DNA from: a virus
DNA: 56,697 nt
Strand: one strand, 5' to 3'
UHGV virus genome: UHGV-0866312
The notes under the pieces were generated by a model that did no database searches, had not been told where the DNA came from, and worked only from the letters and a program-made list of their open reading frames with translations. How positions within the stretch are numbered: the first letter of the stretch is position 1; every line of letters begins with the position of its first letter. This document shows positions 45,728 through 55,556 of this stretch, piece by piece. The position numbers and the translations under genes are program-made.

Positions 45728-46347
45728 TTAAAAGGACTTTAGCAATTATGTTATTAACAGGGGCTATAGCAAGCTGTGTACCAGCTAATATTACTGCTGT
45801 AGCAGATTATAGACAGCCTACAATTATAATGGATATGGCACACAGAGATACTATTAATGACTGTGGGGCATCCTATCAGATATGGAATGAGAGGGATATA
45901 GTAAACCCTATTACAGAGAGGGTGGCAAATATATTAGTCAATAAAGGCTTTAATGTACTGCTTACTAGGGAATATGATAAGCCTATCAGTATTAATGAGA
46001 GAATAGCATTAGCTAATAGGACTGATTATGACTACTATATATCTATTCATGCTAATTCATGTGAAGAGGCTAACAAAGGTACTGGTATTGAGGCTTTTTA
46101 TAATGGTAAAGGGGCAGAGTTATTAGGTGAGACTATGTTAAATGCCTATAATGAGGAATTTGGGTCAGTGATTAGAAGAAATGAAGAGACACCCTATTAT
46201 ACAAGGCATATAGATAATAGTGTTTTATTAGAAATAGGCTTTATAAATAATGACAATGATAGAAAGATAATGTTAGAAAATCAAGAGGAAATAGCACAGC
46301 TAATGGCTGATACAATCATACAGCATTATGCTGAACAAACTAAATAG
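45718..46347 (+). CDS. lipoprotein N-acetylmuramoyl-L-alanine amidase (amidase_3, CwlD/AmiC-like)
   Basis: Signal peptide with lipobox-like IASC. Amidase_3 motifs MDMAHRD...ERVANIL...YISIHANS...GIEAFY. Confidence 0.65.
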   Translation: MEMIKRTLAIMLLTGAIASCVPANITAVADYRQPTIIMDMAHRDTINDCGASYQIWNERDIVNPITERVANILVNKGFNVLLTREYDKPISINERIALANRTDYDYYISIHANSCEEANKGTGIEAFYNGKGAELLGETMLNAYNEEFGSVIRRNEETPYYTRHIDNSVLLEIGFINNDNDRKIMLENQEEIAQLMADTIIQHYAEQTK

Positions 46348-46424
46348 AAATTTTTGAGAGGGGAAATGTCACCCCTCTTTTTTATTTGTGTATAAATTAC
46401 TAACAGTAGAAAGGATGTGATTAT

Positions 46425-48749
46425 ATGACAGCATTGAAATTAAATTTAAGTATGGATGCTGATAAGAAGAAAGAGGCTAGAGTAAAAGAGGCTGTAAAAA
46501 AGGTAAAGGCATCAGATTATGAGCCTACATGGTCAGAGGTGTGGAATGGCTACACTAACCCTATTAGTGGCACTGCTAAAAAAGGTATATTCCAGCTTAA
46601 AAATACTGCTAATGATTTAAAGAAATTAAAAGCAGTAAAGAAAGCTATTGAAAGTGAAGAATTAGGCACTAATGTTACTAGCTTAAAGAAATTCAGTAAA
46701 ACACATGCACTAGGCTTATATGCAGTTTTAGTAGAGCAACAAAAAGAGGCTACTATAAAAGAAATGATAGAGAATAAGCCAGATAATTACCACCTAGTAG
46801 ATAATACTGTATCTTTATTTGATATGTGCCAAAAGCTAAATGATGAGGAAATAATAGCACTAGATACAGAGACTACAGGGGTAGAGCATAAAGATGTAAC
46901 AGTAGGTATGTCCTTAACATTACCAAAGGCTGACCAACACTATTATATTCCATATAGACATACTACAGGTGAGAAACAATTAGCACCAGAGATAGTATTT
47001 AAAGCAGTTAAGCCACATTTAGAGAGGCTAGACCTAGTATTACACAATGCTAAATTTGACTATAAAATGTTAATTAAAGATGGCATTGAGTTAAAGAATA
47101 TCAAGGCAGATACTATGGTATTAATGCACATTTTAAATGAGAATGAAATGTCATTAAAATTAAAAGATTTGGCTAATAAATATGGTCACAAATTTGGTTA
47201 TGAGCATCCTAGTATGACTTATGAGGAATTGTTTGGTAATGGTGGCTTTGAGGCTACACCACTTGAAATAGGGCATATCTATGCATGTAAAGATACACAT
47301 TTAACATGGCTATTATATCAATGGCAATTAAGTTATTTAGATAAGATGCCAAAAGTAAAAAGTGTATTCTTTGATATAGAAATGAAACTAATGCCAGTAT
47401 TATTAAAAACTGAATTAAGGGGCTTTGATGTAGACCTAGATTATTCAGAGCAATATAAAAAGCAGTTATCTGGTGAGATAGCTGAAATGGAAAAGAAACT
47501 AGATGAATTTTTCCCAGATATAAACCTAAATAGTAATCAGCAATTAGCTTATTATTTATTTGAGGTAATAGGGCTGGATAGAGTAAAAGGTGACAGTGTA
47601 GATAAAGAGGTATTAAATGTACTAGCTGATGACTATGAGGGTATCAAAGTATTATTAGAGTACAGAAAATTAACAAAATTATTAAGCACCTACATTGAGC
47701 CACTACCTAAAATGGTGTGGGAGGATGGCTTTTTACATGGTGAGTTAAATCAGATAGGTACTAAAACAGGTAGATTAGCAAGTAATAACCCTAACCTACA
47801 AAATATACCCCCACAGGCTAGAAAGATATTTGTAGCACCAAAAGGTAAATTATATATGTCATGTGACTTTAGTAAGATGGAGGTATTTTTAGCATGTGAG
47901 TTAAGTGATGACCCTAACTTATATGAGGCTTTACATGGTGGTCATGATGTGTATAGTGTGCTGGCATCAAAGTCATATCACTTACCTATAGAGCAATGTG
48001 GTGATGGTACTATTTACAGAAAGCACAGTAAAACAGCATTACTAGGATGTATGTATGGTGCTTTACCTTTTACTATAGCTAAACAAGTAAATGTATCTGT
48101 AGAAGAGGGAGAGGAAATTTTAAATAGCTTTTTTGATGGTAACCCAGTCTTAACACAGTCTATCCATAATTGTCATGACCTTGTAGCTAAACAAGGATAT
48201 GTAGAGACTATTACAGGTAGAAAAAGAAGATTTCCAGAGATACCAAAGCTATGCAAGCTGTTAGATAAAATCAATAGAGAAATTAAGAGAATGACAGGTA
48301 AGACTGGTGATGAGTGGTGTAAGGAATATAACAGCATATTCCAGATACCTAAAAAGCTACCTTATGAGGTTAAGCAACAATATCACAGCACTAATAAAAC
48401 TATCCAGAAAGCCTTTAGACAGTCATTTAATGCTACTGTACAAGGCAGTGGTGGTGATATATGCAAGATTGCTTTAATAAACTTGCAAAACTACTTTGAT
48501 GAGTTAAATAAGGACTTACCAGAGTGGAAACACTATCATATTATTTCATCTATTCATGATGAGCAGTTAATGGAAGTACCAGAGGATATACCAGCAGAGG
48601 TAATAAAGCAAATTGATTACATCATGTGTAACACTATGCCTTTAAAGGTGCATATGAAAACAGATATAGAGTTTTATAAAAGATACTACCATGATGGTAA
48701 ATCTATAGCACAGGTATTAGCTGGTGACCTACCAAAAGCTGACCTTTAA
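46425..48749 (+). CDS. family A DNA polymerase with 3'-5' exonuclease domain
   Basis: Exo I ALDTETTG. Motif A CDFSKMEV, motif B RKHSKTALLGCMYG, motif C SIHDE. Confidence 0.9.
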   Translation: MTALKLNLSMDADKKKEARVKEAVKKVKASDYEPTWSEVWNGYTNPISGTAKKGIFQLKNTANDLKKLKAVKKAIESEELGTNVTSLKKFSKTHALGLYAVLVEQQKEATIKEMIENKPDNYHLVDNTVSLFDMCQKLNDEEIIALDTETTGVEHKDVTVGMSLTLPKADQHYYIPYRHTTGEKQLAPEIVFKAVKPHLERLDLVLHNAKFDYKMLIKDGIELKNIKADTMVLMHILNENEMSLKLKDLANKYGHKFGYEHPSMTYEELFGNGGFEATPLEIGHIYACKDTHLTWLLYQWQLSYLDKMPKVKSVFFDIEMKLMPVLLKTELRGFDVDLDYSEQYKKQLSGEIAEMEKKLDEFFPDINLNSNQQLAYYLFEVIGLDRVKGDSVDKEVLNVLADDYEGIKVLLEYRKLTKLLSTYIEPLPKMVWEDGFLHGELNQIGTKTGRLASNNPNLQNIPPQARKIFVAPKGKLYMSCDFSKMEVFLACELSDDPNLYEALHGGHDVYSVLASKSYHLPIEQCGDGTIYRKHSKTALLGCMYGALPFTIAKQVNVSVEEGEEILNSFFDGNPVLTQSIHNCHDLVAKQGYVETITGRKRRFPEIPKLCKLLDKINREIKRMTGKTGDEWCKEYNSIFQIPKKLPYEVKQQYHSTNKTIQKAFRQSFNATVQGSGGDICKIALINLQNYFDELNKDLPEWKHYHIISSIHDEQLMEVPEDIPAEVIKQIDYIMCNTMPLKVHMKTDIEFYKRYYHDGKSIAQVLAGDLPKADL

Positions 48750-48799
48750 TGTCACAAATAATACCCCCTAGAGTATTTATTACCACAGGGGGTGTGCAT

Positions 48800-49141
48800 G
48801 TGAGTTATGAAAAAGTAATGTCAATGACAATTTATCAAGGGATTAAACAAAATATAGCTAGTGGATGCTGGTATATAGATATAGATAAAGGCATTGTAAT
48901 GAACAGTAAAAGAATGAAACCAATAACAGCAGTAAATAGCAGTGGCTACTATGTCATAAGGGGTGCTGATAAGGTGCTGTATTATATGCACCAGATTATA
49001 GCTGTAGCTGGTGGCTTAAATCCAGTAGGGTATCAAGTAGACCACAAGAATAGAAATAGGCTAGATAACAGATTTGATAATTTAAGATGTGCCACACCAG
49101 CAGAGAATTTAGCTAATAGAGGTGGTATGTATGAAATGTGA
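48800..49141 (+). CDS. HNH endonuclease (probable GTG start; listed ORF starts inside the GTCACA element)
   Basis: VDHKNRNRLDNRFDNLRCATPAENLANRG HNH motif. Confidence 0.65.
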   Translation: MSYEKVMSMTIYQGIKQNIASGCWYIDIDKGIVMNSKRMKPITAVNSSGYYVIRGADKVLYYMHQIIAVAGGLNPVGYQVDHKNRNRLDNRFDNLRCATPAENLANRGGMYEM

Positions 49142-49322
49142 ATATTGTAACAGCAAAATACCCAAAGGTGCTGATATGCATGTAATGAGTGAGGCTTACT
49201 TTAAATCATACTTTTGCTGTGATGAGTGCCTACAGGAATACATGAGAGAAAATTATGGCTGGGATGAGTGGGAATATATTGACACTTATATAGAAGAGAA
49301 TGACCCAGAAAATTTTATATAG
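49122..49322 (+). CDS. small zinc-ribbon protein (CxxC...CxxC)
   Basis: CEYCNSK...CCDEC. Confidence 0.45.
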   Translation: MVCMKCEYCNSKIPKGADMHVMSEAYFKSYFCCDECLQEYMRENYGWDEWEYIDTYIEENDPENFI

Positions 49323-49641
49323 AGGTGATGGAATGTTAGAGATGATTATTTTTATTGTATTAATTAATTTAGCTATTGGACTATTAAATTTTTCATTAGT
49401 GAATATCAAAGCCAAAAAGACAGAAAACATTAACCAGATGGTATTAGATACAGCCAGAGAGGTAGAGAATGATGATAATGAGGATGCTGGCTTTTTTGCA
49501 AAGATATTCAAATGTTATTTTAAGCTTTGCTTTACACATCCTTACCTAGCTTTATTACTATTAATCTTATTTTACTCAATACCTATATTTAATGCTTGTT
49601 TATTAGGAATATTAGCAAGAGATTTAAGGGGGAATAATTAG
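49300..49641 (+). CDS. small membrane protein
   Basis: Two hydrophobic helices. Confidence 0.4.
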   Translation: MTQKILYRGDGMLEMIIFIVLINLAIGLLNFSLVNIKAKKTENINQMVLDTAREVENDDNEDAGFFAKIFKCYFKLCFTHPYLALLLLILFYSIPIFNACLLGILARDLRGNN

Positions 49642-49642
49642 T

Positions 49643-49813
49643 ATGTTTGGATTATCAATATTAGAAATAGTTTTATGTTTAGTAGGTGCATTACTCTTTA
49701 TATATTTAATACCTTATTTAATAGGCTTAGTGCTTATTGTAGGTGGTTTATTAGTCACTTTAATATGTGCATTAGTTGAGGGAATAAAAGTGTTATTAGG
49801 AGGTAGAAAGTAA
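49643..49813 (+). CDS. small membrane protein (56 aa, 2 TM), unlisted ORF
   Basis: ATG after a GGGGGAA RBS-like stretch. Entirely hydrophobic helices. Confidence 0.35.
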   Translation: MFGLSILEIVLCLVGALLFIYLIPYLIGLVLIVGGLLVTLICALVEGIKVLLGGRK

Positions 49814-50407
49814 ATGAAATTAAATATAAATTTTGATGAATGTAGCTTAAACAATAGATGTAGATTAGGAATGTTATTAGTAAAAGCTTTTAACAGTGCT
49901 ATGCTGGAATTAGAAGAATATAACCCAGAATTATCAGAGGCTATAGAGGAAAAATGTAAGGGTGTATTAGTTAAGAGTGCCAGCCTAGAGTTACAATTTG
50001 ATATAGAGGGCTATGATGACAAAGTAGTATTAACAGCTAATCATAATGGTGTAGAGGAATTATTAGTATATACAGTGGATATGGATGCCAGTGGTAATAT
50101 AGTTAAAACAGATAATAATGATGAGGCACAAGGTAAAGATAGCCTATTTAGTGATATGGACAGAATTATATACAATGGTGCTACTGGCTTACACTTTGAG
50201 CCTATAGAAAGTGAGTATATTGATTTACCAGACTTTGAATATGCTGACCATGTATTAATAGGAGATATGGAAATAGCCTCTTATGATGTTATTACTGATA
50301 AGGGTGATATGGCATTAGTAAGGGTATTCAGTGATAGTAAGCTAGTGCAAGAGTTTGAATGTAGCAGAGAGGATGCAAAAGCAATACTAGATAAATATAG
50401 AATGTAA
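49814..50407 (+). CDS. hypothetical acidic protein
   Basis: 197-aa ORF. Confidence 0.45.
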   Translation: MKLNINFDECSLNNRCRLGMLLVKAFNSAMLELEEYNPELSEAIEEKCKGVLVKSASLELQFDIEGYDDKVVLTANHNGVEELLVYTVDMDASGNIVKTDNNDEAQGKDSLFSDMDRIIYNGATGLHFEPIESEYIDLPDFEYADHVLIGDMEIASYDVITDKGDMALVRVFSDSKLVQEFECSREDAKAILDKYRM

Positions 50408-50409
50408 GC

Positions 50410-50441
50410 AAGGGGCTGATTATTTCAGCCTCTTCTTTTTT
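50410..50441 (+). terminator. rho-independent terminator abutting GTCACA
   Basis: aggggctgattatttcagcctctt followed by cttttttt. Confidence 0.6.
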
Positions 50442-50501
50442 GTCACAATGTATACCTACTAGGGTATTTATAACTATAAAGATTTAAAGGGGATGCAGTA
50501 A

Positions 50502-50837
50502 ATGAAAATTAGTGATGAGTACAGCATAGAGGCTATTGATTATGACAATGTAACACTATTACAGGCTTATACAGATAAGAAAGGTAAACCAGCTACTAAG
50601 ATAATTGGTTACTTTCCTAGTATTGGTAAAGCACTTAACTACATGATAATTCACAGCATCAATGGTACAGGGCTTAAAGATGTGAATGAGGTAGTTAAAA
50701 AGATTATGACCCTAAAGGAAATGATAAACCTTTTAGATACTGATGGACTACAAAAGGCACTTAATGAAAATAGAGATTTAAAAAAGAGAATTTCAGAATT
50801 AGAGAGTAAGGGGGATATGAAAAATGGAAGTAAATAA
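50502..50837 (+). CDS. hypothetical protein
   Basis: ORF after a class 1 cassette. Confidence 0.45.
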   Translation: MKISDEYSIEAIDYDNVTLLQAYTDKKGKPATKIIGYFPSIGKALNYMIIHSINGTGLKDVNEVVKKIMTLKEMINLLDTDGLQKALNENRDLKKRISELESKGDMKNGSK

Positions 50838-51384
50838 GATTTGTTTATGTGGTCAATTAAGAAGTGGTAAGGACACTTTAGGCAAGCTTTTAGTTAATAA
50901 TTGTGGATTTACTAGGGTAGCTTTTGCTGACCCTATTAGAGCCATTGTTAAAGAGTATTTCCCAGACTTACCAGAGAATGAAAAGCCTAGAGAATTACTT
51001 CAATTTATAGGTGAGGGCTTTAGAAAGTATGACCCTTATGTATGGATAAAAGCAATGGAAAGACAAATAAGAGAGCATCAGCAGTATGACCCTCTAAGCA
51101 GTTATAGAAATAGTAAATTTGTTATTACTGACTGTAGATATATGAATGAATTGGAATGGTGCAAGGCTAATGGCTTTATTACTATCAAAATAGAGGCTGA
51201 TGACAGTATAAGACTTGAAAGAGCCTTAAAGGATAATCCTAGTTTTGACTGGCACTTAATGTATGACCCTAGTGAGTTAGAAGTACCCCACATGGTAACA
51301 GATTACACCATAACTAATAATGGTAGCTTTGACAGCTATTTAGATGACACTACTGAATTGCTTAAATATTTAGGTTTGATGTAG
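50824..51384 (+). CDS. deoxynucleoside monophosphate kinase
   Basis: P-loop CGQLRSGKDT and DCRYMNE, typical of the phage dNMP kinase family. Confidence 0.6.
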   Translation: MEVNKICLCGQLRSGKDTLGKLLVNNCGFTRVAFADPIRAIVKEYFPDLPENEKPRELLQFIGEGFRKYDPYVWIKAMERQIREHQQYDPLSSYRNSKFVITDCRYMNELEWCKANGFITIKIEADDSIRLERALKDNPSFDWHLMYDPSELEVPHMVTDYTITNNGSFDSYLDDTTELLKYLGLM

Positions 51385-51395
51385 GGGGTGGGCTT

Positions 51396-51719
51396 ATGTT
51401 TATGGATTATAACAGCTATGACATTAATGATATATACAGAGCCTTAAAGTGCAAAGATGCTTATAAGGGTATAGCTGGTGCTACTGGTGATTATACTTTC
51501 AGTGATATTGTCATGGATGCAGAAACCATTATAAAAGAGGCTAACTTAACTGAAAGACAAAGACTAGTAATTAAGCTTTACCATGAGGATGATTTAACAT
51601 TAGCTACTATTGGTGAAATGCTAGGCATCACACATCAAGCAGTTAAAGACTGTTTAAATCAAGCTAGTAAAAAGATTAATAAAGTATTGGAGGGGTGGAA
51701 AGATGGCAGTACAATATAG
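51396..51719 (+). CDS. sigma-70 region 4-containing transcription regulator (ArpU/RinA-like late activator candidate)
   Basis: ERQRLVIKLYHEDDLTLATIGEMLGITHQAVKDCLNQASKKI is a classic sigma70 r4 HTH. Confidence 0.55.
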   Translation: MFMDYNSYDINDIYRALKCKDAYKGIAGATGDYTFSDIVMDAETIIKEANLTERQRLVIKLYHEDDLTLATIGEMLGITHQAVKDCLNQASKKINKVLEGWKDGSTI

Positions 51720-52152
51720 ACTTTATTCTATTGAAGATGTACAAAGTGCTTTATGTGGTATCTCACATTTAGGAATGGATGACTATAAGAAAGAGGTACA
51801 AGATTTAGTATATGGACTACAGCAAACAGCACTAAGCCTTTTACCCTCTTTAGATGAAAGAAAAGAGATATGTAATTATATTACTGACCATTATATATGC
51901 AAGATGAATAGCCAGCCTACAAACTACATTTTATATGGCTTAGGTAGTTATTTGTTACTGGACTATATCAAAGAGAAATACAAGGATAGAAATGCTGATA
52001 ATCAATTCTTAACTACAAAGCAAACAAGTAGAAGAATGGCAAGAGAGTTGATTACTGGTGAGGATAATTTAAATTACTTTAATGCCTTATATAACTACTC
52101 TATAGATAGCTTGCACAAGAAAGGTAGTGAGATAAATGACTATAATAAGTAG
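51703..52152 (+). CDS. hypothetical protein
   Basis: ORF. Confidence 0.4.
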   Translation: MAVQYRLYSIEDVQSALCGISHLGMDDYKKEVQDLVYGLQQTALSLLPSLDERKEICNYITDHYICKMNSQPTNYILYGLGSYLLLDYIKEKYKDRNADNQFLTTKQTSRRMARELITGEDNLNYFNALYNYSIDSLHKKGSEINDYNK

Positions 52153-52450
52153 GATTATAAGCCATATTAAAGCCCACCTAGTGTATAAGAGGTTACTAGA
52201 TAGCCTCTTTACCTATGAGGGTGCTACTGCTACCTATATGTATTATGTAGTGAATATAGAGAACATCAAAGGCAATAGTAGCTTAGAAAAGCTGTATAAG
52301 ATATTAAATTATCTAATGGATTTATCTATAAGATGTAGTGATAACAAAAATAGTAGAGAGGCTATTTTAATGATAAATGATGTGCTTTCCAAAGAATGTG
52401 CTAGATACAGATTTTACTTTATTGAAAAGGAATTAGAAAAATTTAAATAG
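52136..52450 (+). CDS. hypothetical protein
   Basis: ORF. Confidence 0.4.
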   Translation: MTIISRIISHIKAHLVYKRLLDSLFTYEGATATYMYYVVNIENIKGNSSLEKLYKILNYLMDLSIRCSDNKNSREAILMINDVLSKECARYRFYFIEKELEKFK

Positions 52451-52532
52451 TAGAATGTCACAGCAATTAATTATATGAATATAACTTATTATAAGAAATT
52501 TTTAATTAATAATTTAAAAGAGAGGTATTAGA

Positions 52533-52919
52533 ATGTTTAATGAATTATTTAATGTATTAGGACTAGGATTAAATCAAAGGATTACTTTAGCAATGTCATT
52601 GTATATGGATATTGAAAGAAAGATTATTGAAAAGATGGAAGAGGATAAACCAATGGTAGCAGAGGCAACAAAGTATATGGCATCACAAGCATATGACTGC
52701 AATAGCTTAAAAGATATTGAAGAAATGACACCACCTATCATGCTAGAAAAATTAATAAGATTTTATGGTAAACCTACTAAAGAATTTATTAATGACTATA
52801 CTAAAGAATATGAAAAAGCTAGTAGCAATGGTGATGCTATTAAGTTACTAATGAAATATAATCTAGGAAAAGCCTTAGAGCAAACAGGTACATTAGATTA
52901 TGTGGAAAAACATTTCTAA
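52533..52919 (+). CDS. hypothetical protein
   Basis: ORF after a GTCACAGC-type element. Confidence 0.4.
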   Translation: MFNELFNVLGLGLNQRITLAMSLYMDIERKIIEKMEEDKPMVAEATKYMASQAYDCNSLKDIEEMTPPIMLEKLIRFYGKPTKEFINDYTKEYEKASSNGDAIKLLMKYNLGKALEQTGTLDYVEKHF

Positions 52920-53141
52920 TACAGAGGTACATGAGGTAGGTAAGCCAAATGTAAAAGAGTTAATTAAAAGGGTGCTAGAATTAATCTAGTGCCTTTTTTG
53001 TTGCCTATTTATCAAGGTTAGAGTAGTATACTAATAGATACCCCTACTTTATAAGGTGTTATGAATAGCATCTTATTTAGTGGGAGTGTCACAGAAACCT
53101 ATTACTGTGGGTATTTCCCTACTAGAAAGGATGTTTTTTGT

Positions 53142-54602
53142 ATGAGAAAAAAGTTATTACTTTATGCCAGAAAATCTAGGATTAAAAAGAATGAAATGTC
53201 ACTAGAGGCACAAGTAGAATTACTAATTAAATACTGTAATGACCATGACTATGACTATGTTATTTACAGTGAAGAGGGTAGTAGTGAAAACTGGGAAAGA
53301 CCAGAATTTCAGAAAATGATGGAAGAGGGTAAAAAAGGTATTTATGATGGTGTACTGGTAACAGTCACAGACAGAATAAGCAGAAAAGGACTAGTATGGT
53401 ATAGCTTTGTTGAGTATTGTTTAGACTATGGCTTATTATTATTCACACTAGATAAGATTTATGACTTTACTAATGATGATGATATTTTAGTTACTGGTAT
53501 TCAGTCAGAAATGAATAGTTTGTTTATGAGGGTCACAAAGAAGAAATTAAAAAGAGGGGTAGAGTTAGCTGTACAAAAAGGTATCTATATGGGTACTGTA
53601 CCTTTTGGATATACCAAAGATAAAAGCAAGCATCTTATACCAGACCCAGAGACAGCACCAGCAGTAAATATTATATTCAAAAAGTTTTTAGAGGGTTATA
53701 ATCAAGTACAGATAGCAGAATATTTGAATAACAGAGGTTATAAAACAATTGATGGTAATATCTTTACTAATGTAGCTGTAAGAGATATTTTAATGAATAT
53801 CACATATACTGGTAGCATCCTATGGAATGGCATTTTTGTTGCTGATGCACACCCAGCCTTAATAGATACAGAAACCTATAATAAGGTTAAAGCTATCAAG
53901 GATAAACAGAAAGCACCAGCAGAGTATAAAAAAGCTAAATACCCTTTGACTGGGCTTTTAAAATGCCATGAATGTGGTCAGACATTATCACTTAAAAGAG
54001 ATACTAAGAATAAGAAAGTATATGTTTCTAACTGTCTTAGGAGTGCTGTGTCTAGGAGTGAGGCAAAATTAAATAAAATCAAATGCACTACTAAGGGCTG
54101 TGATATGGCTAGATTATTACCTATAGTTTATGATGCCCTTAGAAAGCATATGATTAGTATAGATGAACAGATAGAGGCTGTATTATCAGATACTAACATG
54201 CTAATTGATGAAATAGCAACAGAAATGGAACAGCTAGAGCATAGAAAGGCTGAATTAATTAAACAAAAGCAAAGAATACAAAAGGGCTTTATTGCTGGCA
54301 TCTTATCAGAGGATGAGGCAAAGGAAGAAAAGAAAGACTGTGAAATACAGATAAATTCTGTAGATAATGAAATATTAATCTTAAAGAATAAAGATGTAAA
54401 AGGTGAGGTAAGCAAGCTAGAAAAAGTTAAACTGACAATAGAACAGCTTTTAACAGGGAATTTAAAGAATGAGGACAGCAATAGACTGTTAAAGAGTATT
54501 ATAGACCACATAGACTTTAAAAAGACTGAAAGAGACATTTACAACCATAAAGACCCAGATAAAAGGTATGCACCTGTAAAATTAACAATTCACTATAAGT
54601 AA
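53142..54602 (+). CDS. large serine recombinase (integrase family)
   Basis: N-terminal LLYARKSR...SLEAQ catalytic Ser region, recombinase domain, Cys-rich zinc module CHECGQ...C and a coiled-coil C-terminus. A GTCACA element at 53088 suggests the start at ATG 53142. Confidence 0.75.
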   Translation: MRKKLLLYARKSRIKKNEMSLEAQVELLIKYCNDHDYDYVIYSEEGSSENWERPEFQKMMEEGKKGIYDGVLVTVTDRISRKGLVWYSFVEYCLDYGLLLFTLDKIYDFTNDDDILVTGIQSEMNSLFMRVTKKKLKRGVELAVQKGIYMGTVPFGYTKDKSKHLIPDPETAPAVNIIFKKFLEGYNQVQIAEYLNNRGYKTIDGNIFTNVAVRDILMNITYTGSILWNGIFVADAHPALIDTETYNKVKAIKDKQKAPAEYKKAKYPLTGLLKCHECGQTLSLKRDTKNKKVYVSNCLRSAVSRSEAKLNKIKCTTKGCDMARLLPIVYDALRKHMISIDEQIEAVLSDTNMLIDEIATEMEQLEHRKAELIKQKQRIQKGFIAGILSEDEAKEEKKDCEIQINSVDNEILILKNKDVKGEVSKLEKVKLTIEQLLTGNLKNEDSNRLLKSIIDHIDFKKTERDIYNHKDPDKRYAPVKLTIHYK

Positions 54603-54654
54603 GAGTAATAGAGGTTATCAGCTATTAAGCTGGTAGCCTCTTCTTTTTATTATT

Positions 54655-54790
54655 TTGTCCACTTTATTTTAATACCTTTTAGTGGACAGAAACATAAATA
54701 AGGTGTATACTATAAATATAGTAAGAAATAAATTTTTTTCCTACTTTGTCCACTAAACTAGTCACACTTTAGTAGACAGATGCATATAAT
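54655..54790 (+). promoter_or_regulatory. operator/promoter region 1: dyads GTCCACT-N17-AGTGGAC and GTCCACTAAA-cta-GTCACA-c-TTTAGTAGAC; GTCACA-N18-TATAAT
   Basis: Direct reading. The 10-bp dyad arms flank GTCACA, with a perfect TATAAT at 54785-54790. Confidence 0.6.
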
Positions 54791-54824
54791 AAAGTATAAA
54801 GATTAAGAGAAAGGAATGATTTAA

Positions 54825-55076
54825 ATGACAATCACAATGACAAAGGAAAGCTACAAAAAAGAGGGTAAGAAATGGATGCTAACAGCTACAGAAACTAAGG
54901 AGATAACAGAAACACAATATCACAGCATTATAGATGCTAAACACTTCTTTACTAACTTAGGAGGATATGAAAGACACACTAAAAGCTATACAAGTGCTGG
55001 CTACCTAGTAACTAAGATAAACAGCATATCACCAGATAAGGAAAATAAATCAGTTTATCAATTTAATATCAAATAA
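54825..55076 (+). CDS. hypothetical small protein
   Basis: ORF with an AAAGGAATG RBS, downstream of operator/promoter 1. Confidence 0.45.
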   Translation: MTITMTKESYKKEGKKWMLTATETKEITETQYHSIIDAKHFFTNLGGYERHTKSYTSAGYLVTKINSISPDKENKSVYQFNIK

Positions 55077-55081
55077 TACAA

Positions 55082-55106
55082 GGGGGCTGATTTTTTAGCC
55101 CCTTTT
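55082..55106 (+). terminator. rho-independent terminator
   Basis: gggggctgattttttagcccc followed by tttt. Confidence 0.6.
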
Positions 55107-55198
55107 GTCCACTAAATTATTTTTAGGGATTTAGGAAACATTTAATAGATTACTGCATATAATATAGTATAAAGACAAAGAGGAAAGGAATGGTAAAT

Positions 55199-55414
55199 AT
55201 GAAAACAACAAAGAAAGAATACAAAGAGGAAATAAGGACAATGACAAAGATGATATTTAATAGTAAGAATACAGAGGCAGTAGAGCAACTAAATAAAGCA
55301 TATAGCAGTAATTTAGATGGTAGATTATTCATTCATAGCAAAGCTACATTAGGACAGCTAGAAAGCTTATATGAGGCTGTAGTAAATCTAGTAAGTGATT
55401 ACAGAATAGCATAA
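55199..55414 (+). CDS. hypothetical small protein
   Basis: ORF downstream of a TTGTCCACTAAA half-operator and a TATAAT. Confidence 0.4.
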   Translation: MKTTKKEYKEEIRTMTKMIFNSKNTEAVEQLNKAYSSNLDGRLFIHSKATLGQLESLYEAVVNLVSDYRIA

Positions 55415-55456
55415 CAGAAAGGGGCTGATAAAAGCCCCAGTACATATTTTATAAAA

Positions 55457-55501
55457 TTGTCCACTAAAATAGTCACAATTTAGTAGACACCTACATATAA
55501 T
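55457..55501 (+). promoter_or_regulatory. operator/promoter region 3: GTCCACTAAA-ata-GTCACA-a-TTTAGTAGAC; GTCACA-N18-TATAAT
   Basis: Direct reading. The dyad has one mismatch. Confidence 0.6.
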
Positions 55502-55556
55502 ATATTATAAAGATTAAAAAGTCATGGCAGACTATAAAAGCTGAAAGGGTTTAAAT

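Noticed and set aside
53061-53141. ORF-track start of the large serine recombinase at 53061 (MNSILFSG...)
   Set aside because: A GTCACA regulatory element (53088) and a dyad lie inside this extension. The conserved recombinase N-terminus begins at MRKKLLLYARKS (ATG 53142) with an upstream GAAAGG RBS.
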